Shown one piece after another: positions 36,001-48,300 of a stretch of DNA of 64,000 bases; position 1 is the first letter of the stretch; every line of letters starts with the position of its first letter. A program made the translations under genes and the position numbers. The stretch is taken from assembly GCA_017654855.1 (NCBI GenBank), contig CM030332.1, forward strand, positions 6,324,001 through 6,388,000, given 5' to 3'. The notes beneath the pieces were generated by a model that saw only the letters and a list, made by a program, of their open reading frames with translations, did no database searches and was not told the DNA's origin. This DNA comes from Podospora anserina (Eukaryota).

Positions 36001-39000
36001 AGGATTGTCTCCTAAGCCGCATATCAATATTGTAGCTCCTCACCAGAATAGGATGAGTCTCTGGAAGAGTTCAACAATTAGAAGTCTATAGTGTAAGACC
36101 GCTTATCGAAACATGTTCGGTATTTGCGCCTTCTCCAGCCCCTTGCTGAGCTGATACTGGGCAGTCGCGCTTAGCCGGGTCTGCGGCTTGGCGCCACGCA
36201 CCTGGCGGACCCCTGTCTGTGATTTCAGAATTTCAGATGAATGACGCACGCTGATGGAACCCTTTCCAACTTTCCCAGCCTCGGTCAAGCGGGGTCAATT
36301 GGCGAATTCAAGAACGGCCAATGATCATTCCAGCCTCGCGACCACTCCTGGTGAGACGCGACCATACATCTTCAGTTTGCTTCTTCAACCTAGAATTTCG
36401 ATGCTCACAGACATCCCAAAGAGGGACTCCTTCACCTCCGAAACGGGGAGCATGCGAGCAACTCGGAGTTCGGTACTGCAATGCAGCCCCTCTCACATCA
36501 TGGAGCTTTCCCCATGAGCTCCTCTCTTCATCACCGAACACCCATCACAAAGCCCCATATGCATCTGATTTGTATTCAAGGCCAGGTACGGATCCTACCT
36601 CAACAAGATCCACCGTTCAAGATGGCAGCACTCCTCTGGCAGGTGCTAATTCCGCTGCAAACGCTCCGTACCAATAGCAAAGTTCTATCACTATCCCGCT
36701 ATCTCTCAAAAGCTGGGTGATAGATTCCCATCTGCGAAACGCCATCCTCCCACCTCTTCCCGCGTCTCAACAGCCTGGGGGTTTGGCCGTTACGGCGCAA
36801 AATCTCCGGAAGCAACCCTCGACGGACAAGCCCTCGACGCCGAGCGCTTGATGAGGCCAGTGTGCCCCAGCCTCAACACCGAAGAGAGCCTCATCTTGGC
36901 AGGTCATCGCCACGAAAAGATGAGGATTGGCATGGACAGAGACAAGCCCTCAGTCGACAAACGCCACGGCGGACACCATTGACAGAGCCCTTTTCAGACT
37001 GACATCTCGGTGCTGCTTTCCTATGGCCCCGTCAGCCCGTCCGTGGTGGGTCAAAGCGACACTCGAACCCTGCAGGATACAGGGGGTTCGTCCAGGAAAC
37101 CTGAATGATTTTCCAAGAAAATGGAAATTTGGGTCCAGCTTTCCCTCAGTGAATCCGATTATAGATGCAATTGCACCATTCACTGCACGGCAGTATTGCC
37201 CTCCTGCAGTTGGGTCACCCATCATTTCCTTGTACAGTTTGATGATCAGGGCACGCAGGACACCAGGCTGCAGTTGACGCAGTGGGGAACCATTTTGCCG
37301 GCACTTCTGATTATCATCTCTTCGGACGCCCAACCGAACTCGACATGCTGCACAGCTCGCGGTCGAGATGGGAGCGGCCAATGAAGAGGCTGTTGGTCAG
37401 ATGTTTGTGACACAACAGCAACCAAGTACACACAGCGAGAACTCCCCTTGGCAATCTTTCTCTGACACAAAGTTTCCGTGATGCATTTCCGAGCGTCTTA
37501 CCAACTGTCCGAAGCCTCGTGAACTGGGCCGAGAGTCGTAGGCACCACGGCCGAGTGCAGGTTCATATTGACGCTTATTGCCGCCGACATGCCCCTATCG
37601 TCAACATTGGTCCATGAGCTCGTAGCGTACGGCTAATTGTGCAAGGTGCAAAGACGGCATTGACGGGGCACGGGCGAATCGGCTAGATACCAACGATCCA
37701 TCCACAAGTGCCCGTAGTTCGGGACGGCCCAGGAAGTGGTAGTTTCGTCAAGTGTCAACCAAGGCTTGTTGTTTATCTGCATTGCTGGGTTGGGTCTGGT
37801 AGACCAACCAGAAGACGATGATATGTAGAAACTGGGAGAACATGCCTTGGTTGCTGTTGATGAAGGCACCACCATGAAGGTTACCGGAGCAGGCGGCTAA
37901 TAGCTGACCATATGTCAGGTCTGCTTTTTGGCCATGATATGCGCTGTCAAACATGGTCAATGTTGACGTTTTTTTGCCTCCCCGCTCACCATTTTGGTTC
38001 CCTTTCAGGAAGCTGAGGGAAGAGATGGACATTGATTGACAATTGACAGCCAATTGTCGGCATATGGGATTATCGGATGGGAAGCCACCCGTTCCAGCCG
38101 CTGCCTGCCCCCTATTCTCAAAACCTTGATATTGAGCAGTCTGCTTTCACACGTGGCGCCACTGCAACGTGGTAGAGAATTAGACTGGAAGGAGAAACTC
38201 AGCTCCGTGGCTGTTGGGCGTTATTAAATCAAGTAGGTAATATTGACTGTAGGGGCGTGTGGGGGATTGATGACACCGAAAACGATGGCGGCGGCTTTTT
38301 TGCTTCTTCTTCTTCTTGCCGTGTTGTCTATGGCTCGGCCCGTAATTGCGTGGCGGTTTGGACAGTGGGATTGTCAATGGAGAATGGTTAGGTGTACTGT
38401 GCTTTGTTTTCGTGGGCTGAAGAGGCTTGACTTCTTGTAGAGGGGGGGTGTAGGATGTCTCAGATCAATATTGGGCTGTTGACGTTCAGCCCTGCCCGGT
38501 TTTGTAGAAGGATTTACAGAACTTGCAGAGAATGATGGGAGCCGTTGGGGGGATTGGGGATAGTCCTGAAAGGCGGCTTGGGGGGTGTTGATATGTGCCA
38601 TTCCGTAGTAGATATGTTTCAATAAGGACGGTAATACTCACTGCCGAACCGAGCGACAAGGTGGCGTGTTGAATTTTGAGGGTCGTCGTACGAAAACTGC
38701 CTGCCCGAGGGGGCAAGACATTGATAGGGGTTGCAGGAGGCATGTCTGAGATGGGAGGAGGAGGCTTAGAAGGGTTTAGAGACATCGACTGCAGATAGCC
38801 GACCGCGGAGTCCGAGGGTTTGTCTCTGGGAGCCCCTTTTCTTATCATGGACTGCCTTGGAATTTGAAAGGGGTTTGAGTGGTTGTTGATGGGTGTTTGG
38901 TGAGTTTTGGGTCTTTAAGCTTTCCCCCTTTACGTGGAGGAGGGACGCATGGTCTGATTTGCTCTGGTTCGTACACCTTTATACTGAGGCTAGAGGGAAG

Positions 39001-39847
39001 TTGAGAATATCCTGTGTTGATGCCGAGCTGGACTTGCTTGTGATATTTGTCTTTCAGTGAGAAAGGGCGAAGAGTGAGTGTGGGACTCCTGGTTGGACAT
39101 GTGCTTGATCAAGTTGATTCTGCCAATCTTCAACAGCAACCGCAAAATGACTGGTTCTTCATAAACAGGAGTGTTTTTTTCCAGCTCTCGTCGGCCTCGT
39201 GGGCATCTCACCTTGCCGTTTCCAAAATCAAGCCCCCAGGACTGTAAGCCTTCAGTTTACGGTGAAAGCAGTCCCTCTTCTTCGACTTGTGCAACTGCCT
39301 GTTGACAAAAGACCTTCATAGAATCCCGTCCCAGTGAACAACTCTCTCCAATCACGACGAGAAAGTACGAACCTATCTGCTCCTGTCGGAACCCCCCTTG
39401 AAGTATGCCAATTAGCTCTGGACTGACAACAAGTCTCGTCATTAGAGGTTGTCGATAGCTCTAGGTCTAGTCCACTCATGTTAAGGTACCTCATCACACC
39501 ATATTTCTCACGACAAAACTCTGTGGAGGTAGGCAAACCTGGTACATGATGACTTCGAGAGGCAAAATCAGACAACACCATACCTTATACCTACAGAAGT
39601 TTTTAAAAAAAAAGAAAGAAAAAAGCCACGATCCTGCAGCTCATACAAAAACGAAACCCCCTCAACCTCACCACACCTCATCTGCGGGTTTGTCAGAAAG
39701 ACCTCTTCGAAAATGTTTAACATCGTTCATCCCATCATGCACCAGACCATAACCACCTTGCAAAGGGCGAGTAGTTGTGGCTGTCTCCCCCTTCAACTAC
39801 AGTCAAAACCTCTATTCCCAACTAACCGCAACAGCAACAACAAAACA

Positions 39848-39960
39848 GGGCGTGTGGCTCAGTTGGTAGAGCGTTCGCTTAGCATACTCAAGTCCCTTGA
39901 CTAAATATCAGGGATCCCATTGTATGCGAAAGGTCCTGGGTTCGATTCCCAGCTCGTCCA
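39848..39960 (+). tRNA. tRNA-Ala(AGC) with a 40-nt intron (39885-39924)
   Basis: Acceptor GGGCGTG/CTCGTCC-A with the G3-U70 Ala determinant. The anticodon arm TTCGC-TTAGCA[intron]T-GCGAA has the intron at the canonical 37/38 position. T-loop GTTCGATT. Confidence 0.95.
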
Positions 39961-40329
39961 AAGAAACTTCATCTTTTGCCCACTCTTCCCCAGTGGGGTA
40001 CATTCTTTTTAAGTTTGTGTTGAAATTTCGCTTGTACAAGTCAGCATGACGCTTTACTACTGCGTTGGGGGGTTAGGGATATGGTTAGAGGGGATTAGTT
40101 GGTGAAATTCGGGCATGAGGCTATCACCAATGTCTTCGACCCGGTCACCAGAAAAACACAATGGATGTGATTTCTGTCGCGGAAGCACGGCTAACCTGTG
40201 TATACTGCTTGCAAATTTCATGCTGATGTAAGAACAGAAAGCCGCCATGCATAATACCCAATTGCCTGCTTCTCATGCCTTGCCGTCTATGTGCCTAAGC
40301 CAAATCATACACTGCTTTCTCACCCTTCC

Positions 40330-41828
40330 CTAAGCCTCCAGCTTCTTCCCCTCCATCGTCTTGATGTACTTCGTGTGCAACTCTGCCACAGCCGGAATAA
40401 TCAAGCTCTCGATTTCCGCCTCCGGCTCCTGCTCCGGCAAGCTCTTCGGATCCAACGGCTCGTCCTTCTCCGCCTCCTTCGCATCATCCAGCTTACCCCC
40501 CTGCGGTATCCGGATCCACTTGTCCGGATTCCCAGGACTGACAAACACCACCTCCCACTTCCTCGTCGACAGCAAATTCCCAATCACCAGGTGGTGCTGA
40601 TACCGATCCAGCGAGTACTTTGCCTTGTGCACAAGAATCTTGGGGTCAGTCTCCAACTTGAAGGAGACGATCATCCCCTCTGGTGACCACCCCTCTACCA
40701 GATTCTTGAGGAATTTGGGGACGGGATCAAGGTCAACAACGAGGCGTTTGCTGCGTGGGACGGAAGGGGAGGAGTCAAAGTTGTCAAAGGTTTCTTCCTC
40801 TTCCGAGGCTGATGGCTTTGACGGCTTCTTGTTGAAGGCCTCAACTGCGTCGGTGGATTGGATTTTGTGTTCGGACATACGTTCGGGCTTGGGGTTTGTC
40901 AGTAAAGAGCAGAGGGGGAGGATAGGGAGAACGTACAGGTACAAAGAAGTCGCTGACTGCCGCGGCGAGATACAGCAACCCTTTAGGCCCCAGCGGCTTC
41001 ATCAACTGCGCGATGCCGCGGAGCTCATGGAGGTAGTCGGAGATGCTGACAAAGGGGAGGACAAGAAGCATGTTCTTGTCACGAGCCTCACGGTATTTCC
41101 GGAGGACGTTGAGCATCTTGCCGGCATCCTCGTCACGGGCTACCACGCTTCCGTTAGGGCCTTCGCGGAGGAAGTCGAGGAAGCAGTCGGTGGCATGGCT
41201 GTAGTGGCGGGAGTAGGGGAGGAGGGAGAATTGACGGTGGCTGTTGGGTGTTAGCTTGACTTATACATTTGGAAGAAGATGCAACTGTAGGTTACCCACA
41301 GGAAGAGAACCGCATAACCAGCTTCTAGGAAGTACTCAGCGCTAGTCTGAGATCTGAAGTCAGTATTCTTGTCCATCAAGTTCCACCACATCAACTTTTC
41401 TTCAGAGACAATGTCCCTAGGGACAAGAGTGGGAGGACCCCTAAACACCATCCCACAATACGCCTCATCATTCTGTAACAACACCAAAACAAATAAACAA
41501 AAAATCACTTACAGCCCCTCTCGTACCAGCCGAAAAGTTATCAATAAACCGCACAGTCTGCTTCTCTGTTCATCACCTCGTCAGTACTCACTCATCTTTC
41601 CCCGATTCTCACTCGTCCAGACGTCAACATACCCAAAGGCACAGTAGTACCCCCCGAAGTAACCAACACCAACCTCCTCCCCGCCTTGGAGTGAAACTCG
41701 ATAAAGTCCTTCGCCAGCTTCATGTGCTTCTGCAAGTCCTTCGGCGGCGGGTTGGCGCTGAAATAATGATCCTCCGCCAACGCGGCAAGGTTGGAAGGGG
41801 GAGACTCGGAGGGGGTGTGAGGGATCAT
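40330..41828 (-). CDS. CAB2: Phosphopantothenate--cysteine ligase (PPCS); multi-exon
   Basis: Spliced LVTSGGTTVPL|EKQTVRFIDNFSAGTRGA|TSAEYFLEAGYAVLF, YLAAAVSDFFVP and IVSFKLETD. Introns include 41632-41566 and 41512-41347. Confidence 0.93.
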
Positions 41829-42771
41829 CTTGGCTATTCTTTCTTCTGCCAACTGACAATGCTGTGTAAGTGTGCGTGGAATGAGAGCTATCCTTAAGTT
41901 AGCTTTTTTGCAAAGGTAACAAACACATGACGCTGCCATGGGAAGTATATATCCCCAAATTTTGATCATGACCCCCAAAAAGTGGTCTGACACTGACTGA
42001 CCTTCTTCAATCCTTCAACCACGGGATCAAATCAACAACAGTTACTGTCCTTGTCCGAATTGAAGTTGGGATAAAACAATCTGGGTACAACCCGGTACTG
42101 CCGGTCGGTGTAAGCAATGTTGGGTCTGCTCTCTCGAGTATACAAATTGATGCAAGGTGTGTAAGAGATCCAGTCGAATCAGATAAAGCTGCGCTGCGGC
42201 AACAGAGGGGCGGCAAATGCGTCACTTTCGGAATATCCTTGGGAAGAGAAGCTCGCTCGCTCTGGGGATAGTGGGGTAGGTACCCCATGAGTGGACTGCG
42301 GGGAACGCCTTCAGCAATCGACTCAAGTGCCCTGGCTGCGGATGAAAGGGGGGATCAATTGTTAGGTAATTCGCACGTACATTACAATCGACCGACCCGA
42401 ATGAACCGAGTCAGTCCCGTGAGCTACGGCAGGTGCATATCTGCATGCTTTTGTTTTGTTCTTATGTCCTGTTCCTGTCCTTGATCATACATACATCAAT
42501 CAGCCCTTCTCCCCCGCCGGCTCATCCAATATCTGTACAAGTCCTCTACGTCATGATAATACAAAAATATATGCTTGTCCTCCCTGTTGAGATGAGATGT
42601 CAAAGAAAATGGCCAATACAAGAGGATATAAAGTGGTGCCTTTCCTTGTCCTCCCTCCAACGCCCCTGTCTATTACTCGCTTTTGCCCCTTTTGTATGCC
42701 CCCAAACGCCAATGCCAACAGCACAAAAAGTGAGCAGTAATTATCGCACATGTCGCTCCTCCTTTTCATCT

Positions 42772-44451
42772 TCAGAATGGCCACTTCTTGGCCTTGGGCT
42801 GCTTAGCGTTCTTGAGCATGTTCATCCTCCTCAACCGTTCCCGGTTGGTAGGATCAAGGAGCACGTCGGTGCCGTCCTCACGGTACCAATGGCTCTGGCC
42901 GCCTCCTCTTCGCACGTCGTGAATGTTCATCTTGACCCGGCCGATCTTGCGGAGCTTGACCAATCCATACCAGCAGACAATGAGCGAGGCAATGGATGAC
43001 ACTCCAGTGACGGCCCCGAAACCCCAGTTGGTTTCCTCTATGAAATTCTCCAGGTTCATGCCGTACAGGCCTGCTAGGAAAGTGCCCATGGCAAGACCGA
43101 GGGTGCCAACACTGAACTTGAGGTCGAGAAGCATGAGCGAGTTGCGGTTGGCATCGAGAATAGCACGGATACTAGAGCACTGTCAGCTGGGTTCGACCAA
43201 GAACAAAAAGATGCGATATGCACATACATTTCTTCCGTGTTCCTGATACTCGAGACCAAGTTGCTCGCCTCCTGCACCACTTCGTCGCAAATCTTGTTGT
43301 ACGATTCCAGCAGCAATTCAACCTCCGTGTGGTCGTCCTCCCCACGGAACAAATCATGCGTCTTCTCAGTGAGATACATAGCCGCAAGATCATCATCCGC
43401 CTCAAGCAACTCCTCAATAGCGTCCCTGACCAACTTTGCCTTTTGCTCAAACGTGCTAACCCGCTTGGACAAGACGAGCAAAATCCGGAGCTTCTCCCGA
43501 TCAATATCGTCCTCCAGCTCGCTGAGCACACGAATAACGGGGTCCCGCACCGACTCAAAGTCAGCTTCCAGCTCCGAAGTAACCGACATCAGCACCGCTT
43601 CCAGCGCCCTGAACTCGTATGGCAAGCTATTCGCCCCGGCCGCCTGCTTCTGCTGAAGCTTCCCTTGCAAATCATACATAAACGCCGACTGGGGATACGA
43701 CGACTTTGACCCGTACACATCAAACAGCAGCACCCGATCATGCTTAATCAGCACCTTCAAGTGCAGCAAGTTGAGCAGAATCGCCGACGGTCGAACGAGA
43801 ATATGTGGCAGGTTGGACGAGTCAATCTTTCGGAGATCGCGAGGTAAGAGGCCGTACTATTTCGCATACAAAGCCGTTAGTCTACCAATTCCCCCTCCCA
43901 ATTAGTCTTCTAACTTCTCATACCTTCGCAATAAGCTCACTCTTCTTCAACTCGCCATCCACCATGATAACATCCCCATTCCCATCCACCTCGGTACACC
44001 TCAACCTCGGATCCAGCGCCGCCTTGCTCGTCAGCGCCCTCCTCTGGAAAATACTCCCCGACTCCTCCTCCAACTGCACCGGCAAGTCATCCTCCTTCAG
44101 CAGCTCCCTCGCCTTCTTCGGCGCACTCCCAAACAACCAATCCTGCCACGACCTCTTGCACGCCACCTCTTCCTTTTTGACCGGTGGTTTCTTTTCCCCA
44201 CCACTACTACTACTCGAAGCCCACCTCTCTTTTGCCGCCCCCGGTTGTTTCCTCAGCTCCAGCTGCGGCAAGAACCCGCCCTGTCTCTGTTCCCCTACAC
44301 CCCGACATCTCGTAGAGACATTGCGCCTCGTCGAAACACCCAGGCGAATAGTATATTCAGCATAACACAACCCCTCGGATTGGGCGTGCAAATATCGAAG
44401 GAGACTCCGCGATGGCGTTGCTACTGCTGCAGGTCTTAATGCCGGAGGCAT
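42772..44451 (-). CDS. MRS2: Mitochondrial inner-membrane Mg2+ transporter (Mrs2/Lpe10, CorA-like); exons 44451-43924, 43856-43228, 43171-42772
   Basis: YGLLPRDLRKID, LPYEFRALEA, LDANRNSLM and the signature YGMN followed by a second TM helix. Paralogue identity (Mrs2 vs Lpe10) is not resolved. Confidence 0.9.
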
Positions 44452-44798
44452 CGCAGCTCGGAAAGGGGGGGGGAGGGTCTGGTGCGGCGGTAGTGTTTCT
44501 TTCTTTTCGCTGTCGGAACTTGGCGAAAACAAAAAAAAGATTCCCCAAAGTCTGAACTCTCGATGATGCAGGTCCCCGCAGGGTCGGTCTGTGCGTTGCT
44601 CGGCAGACTGTAAGGGTATCTACCACAACAGTCAGGGTTAAGTGTGGGAAGAGCATCAATCCTCGTTATTTTCCACCCTCAGGTGAAGAGAGCTAGAGAA
44701 AGAGGTGAAAATCTTTGTTGCAAGATGGGAAAAGAGAGGTTCAAATTCTGCATAAAGAGATGAGCAAAAAAAAAAAAAAGGCAAAATTTAAATTGAGA

Positions 44799-44869
44799 TG
44801 CATCAGCCGTGAATCGAACACGGGGCCCATCGATGGCAACGATGGATTTTACCACTAAACCACTGATGC
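44799..44869 (-). tRNA. tRNA-Gly(GCC), identical to the copy at 3821-3891
   Basis: Exact reverse complement of 3821-3891; downstream T-run on the minus strand (A-run at 44766-44779). Confidence 0.97.
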
Positions 44870-45329
44870 TGTTTTATTGGGTGATGGTTCACTGCAGAAG
44901 CTGGCACTATATTTGAATCTGTTGCATGCGGCCCCCTTTCCTCGGATAACCTGCAAGCACACCAACATCTTTGACTACTCTCTTCCCTACAGGAAACTCC
45001 CATGATTCATCCACCACGATACACGAAGTTAATACGAAGCTTTCGTAGCAGTAAATAATATTATGCATTGTAATAACTATGAAAAATGAAGAACCGGGGA
45101 ATCACTAGAATAAAACCGACGACTGAAGACAGTAAAGGCCCACCTCTGTGGTAAACCCATCCATCCTCTTCGAGAAACAAAAACCATGACACTAAAACGT
45201 CTGAGGGAAAAGAAGAACCCTTCCAAAGTACCCCGTTCCATCCTTCTTTTCTACTGTCTCCAACTTGTAACTTTAAAACACAAAAAAGAAACAATACAAC
45301 CACACCATCATTACACTTCGTCATCCAAC

Positions 45330-48300
45330 TCACGCACTCTTCTCCGTGTGCCCATCATTCAACAACATCTCCAACACGATCTGACCGCCGGGAACCTCAG
45401 GGTGGCTCATGCAAATCTTGACCGTCCCCTTCGAATCCGGCTGCCCGCCATTAGCTGATCCCACCAGCCCGGGTGGCAGACCGCCAGGACCGTTTGCCAT
45501 GCCGCTTCCTGTCGGCCCCCTAAATCCGTAATCCAAACACCTCACATCTCTACCCGCAATGATCTGTCTCAACCTCCCATTCTCCGCATTCCTCACCTCC
45601 ACGTAATCATCATTGAACAATAGCAAGTACTGTCCAAACATGGTCGCCGCCTTTGCCTTCTTTTGCTTGCCCGAGTACTCCATAATCAGCGTCCGGCTGA
45701 TTTCTCCATGCTTATCAACATAGACCGCACAGTCCTCATATGTAAGCAGGAACTCTTGGTCGTTGAGCTTGAACATGCCCAGCGGTCTCTGATTGATTCT
45801 TGAGGCGATGTTGGCAATCGCTGGCGCGCTCAGGTCTCGAGGAATCGACTGCGTAACCTTCTTGTCGAGGGTCAACAGCTCAAAGCCCTTGGCCGAGGCA
45901 ACAGCAATGTAGGACTGGAAGAGATTGAGAGAGAAGCACTCGGCGGGGATGTAAAACTCGTCAAAATCGCGGAATGATTCTGTGGAGCCGGCGCCGCCCT
46001 TACGGCCGCCAAAGAGCCGGGATCTCTTCTCAGTTGCCTTTTGGAAGACCGGCTCGAGAACCTTGAACGTGTTGTGCATGCCCTCCTTGCGCTTGTAAAA
46101 CAAGAGAGTCCTATCCTTCATGCGTGCCGTGGCGAAGAAAGCGACGTCCTTGGCCAACCGCTGAGGTGCCCGGCGGGGGTTGTCATGAGATGGTGCAGGG
46201 AAATTGGAGACGGGGGCAACCACGTCGAGAGGATATGAAATTAGCGATCTGTCGGCGATGAGGAGACAGACCGAAAAGTCTTCCAAGACGGTGATTTGGG
46301 TGACTTTGCTGATTTGCACCGTCCTCGTCCAACCGCGAGGATTTGATGACTCCGATATGTACACGCCATAGTCCGTTCCAATGGCGATCATCGACTTGCC
46401 AAAAGCAGTGAAGGCGCAGGCGCAGTTCACGGTAGCTCTGCAGACTGGTGGAGGTCCCCGACCTGGGCCATACACCTGCTCCATCTCTCTGATGGCTCGA
46501 TCCAAGGGAGTACCCCGAATCGATACACTCGGTTGCCTGCCCATAAGTGAGATAGAATCATAGGCGAAGGCACCATCAGATAAGATGCGCAGCCGGAATG
46601 GTTCCGCATTCTGCGCATGCAATGCTCGTGCGTGTCTGGTCTTTGCTTCAATAATGGCTGAGCACCAAGCCGCCCTTTCCTGGGCCGACGAGGCATAGAG
46701 GGTGTAGATCTCGTGACCGAGATGCTTGATACGGAAGGGGTAGATGATCTTCCCGTCGTCTGTGCCACCAGAGCCTAGGCGAGTAACCGTACTCATAGAT
46801 CCCATGGAAGAACTAGTTCCGGCATGCTCAAGCCCAGGACGCTCTGCCCCATTAGAGGCCACCTTATTCAGTTGCGTACCCGAACCAGCTGCGACCGCTG
46901 TTCTGGTAAGCGGTGCTGTCAAGCTCTTTTGTTTGGCAACCGGATCGTCATTCAAACTCTCCAAGAAGAGCAGCGGCATTGGAATTGGCTACATCGATTG
47001 TCAGCATCAGACATGAGTTGTAAATAATGCCAGGAACATTACTCACCTCCTTTGAAACATCGTACTTCTTGTCACCCCTCCCATCCTTTGAGGCGACACC
47101 CTTGGCCAGGATAAAATAGTGATCAAAAAGAAGCGCGTGTGTATCAACCCAACGGACGCCTTTTGAGCCCTGTCTCTGTAGCTCGCCCTGCTTGAGTAAT
47201 TCTCGGCCGAGATGGTCGAGGTTCAGTACTGACTGGAAACCTGGACGCAGCACTAACTGTCCCTGAAGTTCAATCAACTCAACCTTCTTCGTCATCTCAG
47301 CAACCTTCTCATCACATTCGTGAGTGACTGCTTTGATTTCCTCCAGAGCCTTGACAAGATTGGCCTTCTCCTCGCTTTCGCCAAGCATGTTCTTTTTGAC
47401 CGTCTCCAAGAGAAGGCCGTATCGTTGTAGCCGGGTGATGGGTGCCTTCACGAATGTGGTCCATTCGAGACGCTTCGAACGCTTGTGATCTCTGACCACG
47501 TCGAGGAACTGGCGGAACAAAAGATTTCTGCTCGCCTCTCTCCTGATCAAGTATGTGGCGTGTGGGAATGATGAACAATACTCGATGTAAATCGGCCTGG
47601 CCTTTCTGATCCACTCCCTGAACAGATCACTAAAGCCAACAATCCACGGCCCTTGCTCCTGTTGGCGATACTTGAGCTGAGAAAGGAGGTGTTCTTTGTT
47701 GATTTGCTGGACGGCATCGACCTTTCCAAACACGGCCTCGAGGAACTTCTCGAGTCTGTTTGCCGCAATAATCGGTGGCTGGTAGACCCGAAGTTGATCC
47801 CTATAAAGCAGCCGGAGAACATCGAGCTGGTTCATGAAGTCTTCCTCGCCCGTGACAATTTCGTGCAGAACGTTCTGTCTCTCGACTTCCTTCTTGTGCT
47901 TAGATTTGATGTCTTCCATGGTCACGCCGTGGAAAGTGGCCCAGTCAAGGGTGGGCGTGTCGTCCTCGGACATCATGTTGTCCAGGTTCACCTTCTTAAG
48001 CGTCCGGCCGCAATGCTGGGAGTAGCATCTCACAGGAATGCCATCTCCATGCAACCTGGGGACCATGCCCTCATCTTCATGCAGCTTTGGAGCGTAGCAC
48101 CCAGAGCCAGTAAGTTGCCACAGCACACCGGACAGTTGACCTTTGCCGAACTTGACCCATTCTTCCTCGGGTATCAGGATTCCAGCCGCAAACATGGATT
48201 CGACGACGTTGGCGCTCAGAAGCTCAGCGTCGGCGACATTCATGGTCGGAACTTTAGCACAGAAAAGCTTGAGAACGCCCTCTTCGATGGTCTTCCTTTT

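Noticed and set aside
30077-41828. CoA-biosynthesis cluster (PanE-like gene plus CAB2)
   Set aside because: The PanE-fold protein looks like the Svl3/Pam1 type rather than a plain ketopantoate reductase. The genes are 7 kb apart and no other pathway genes are present.
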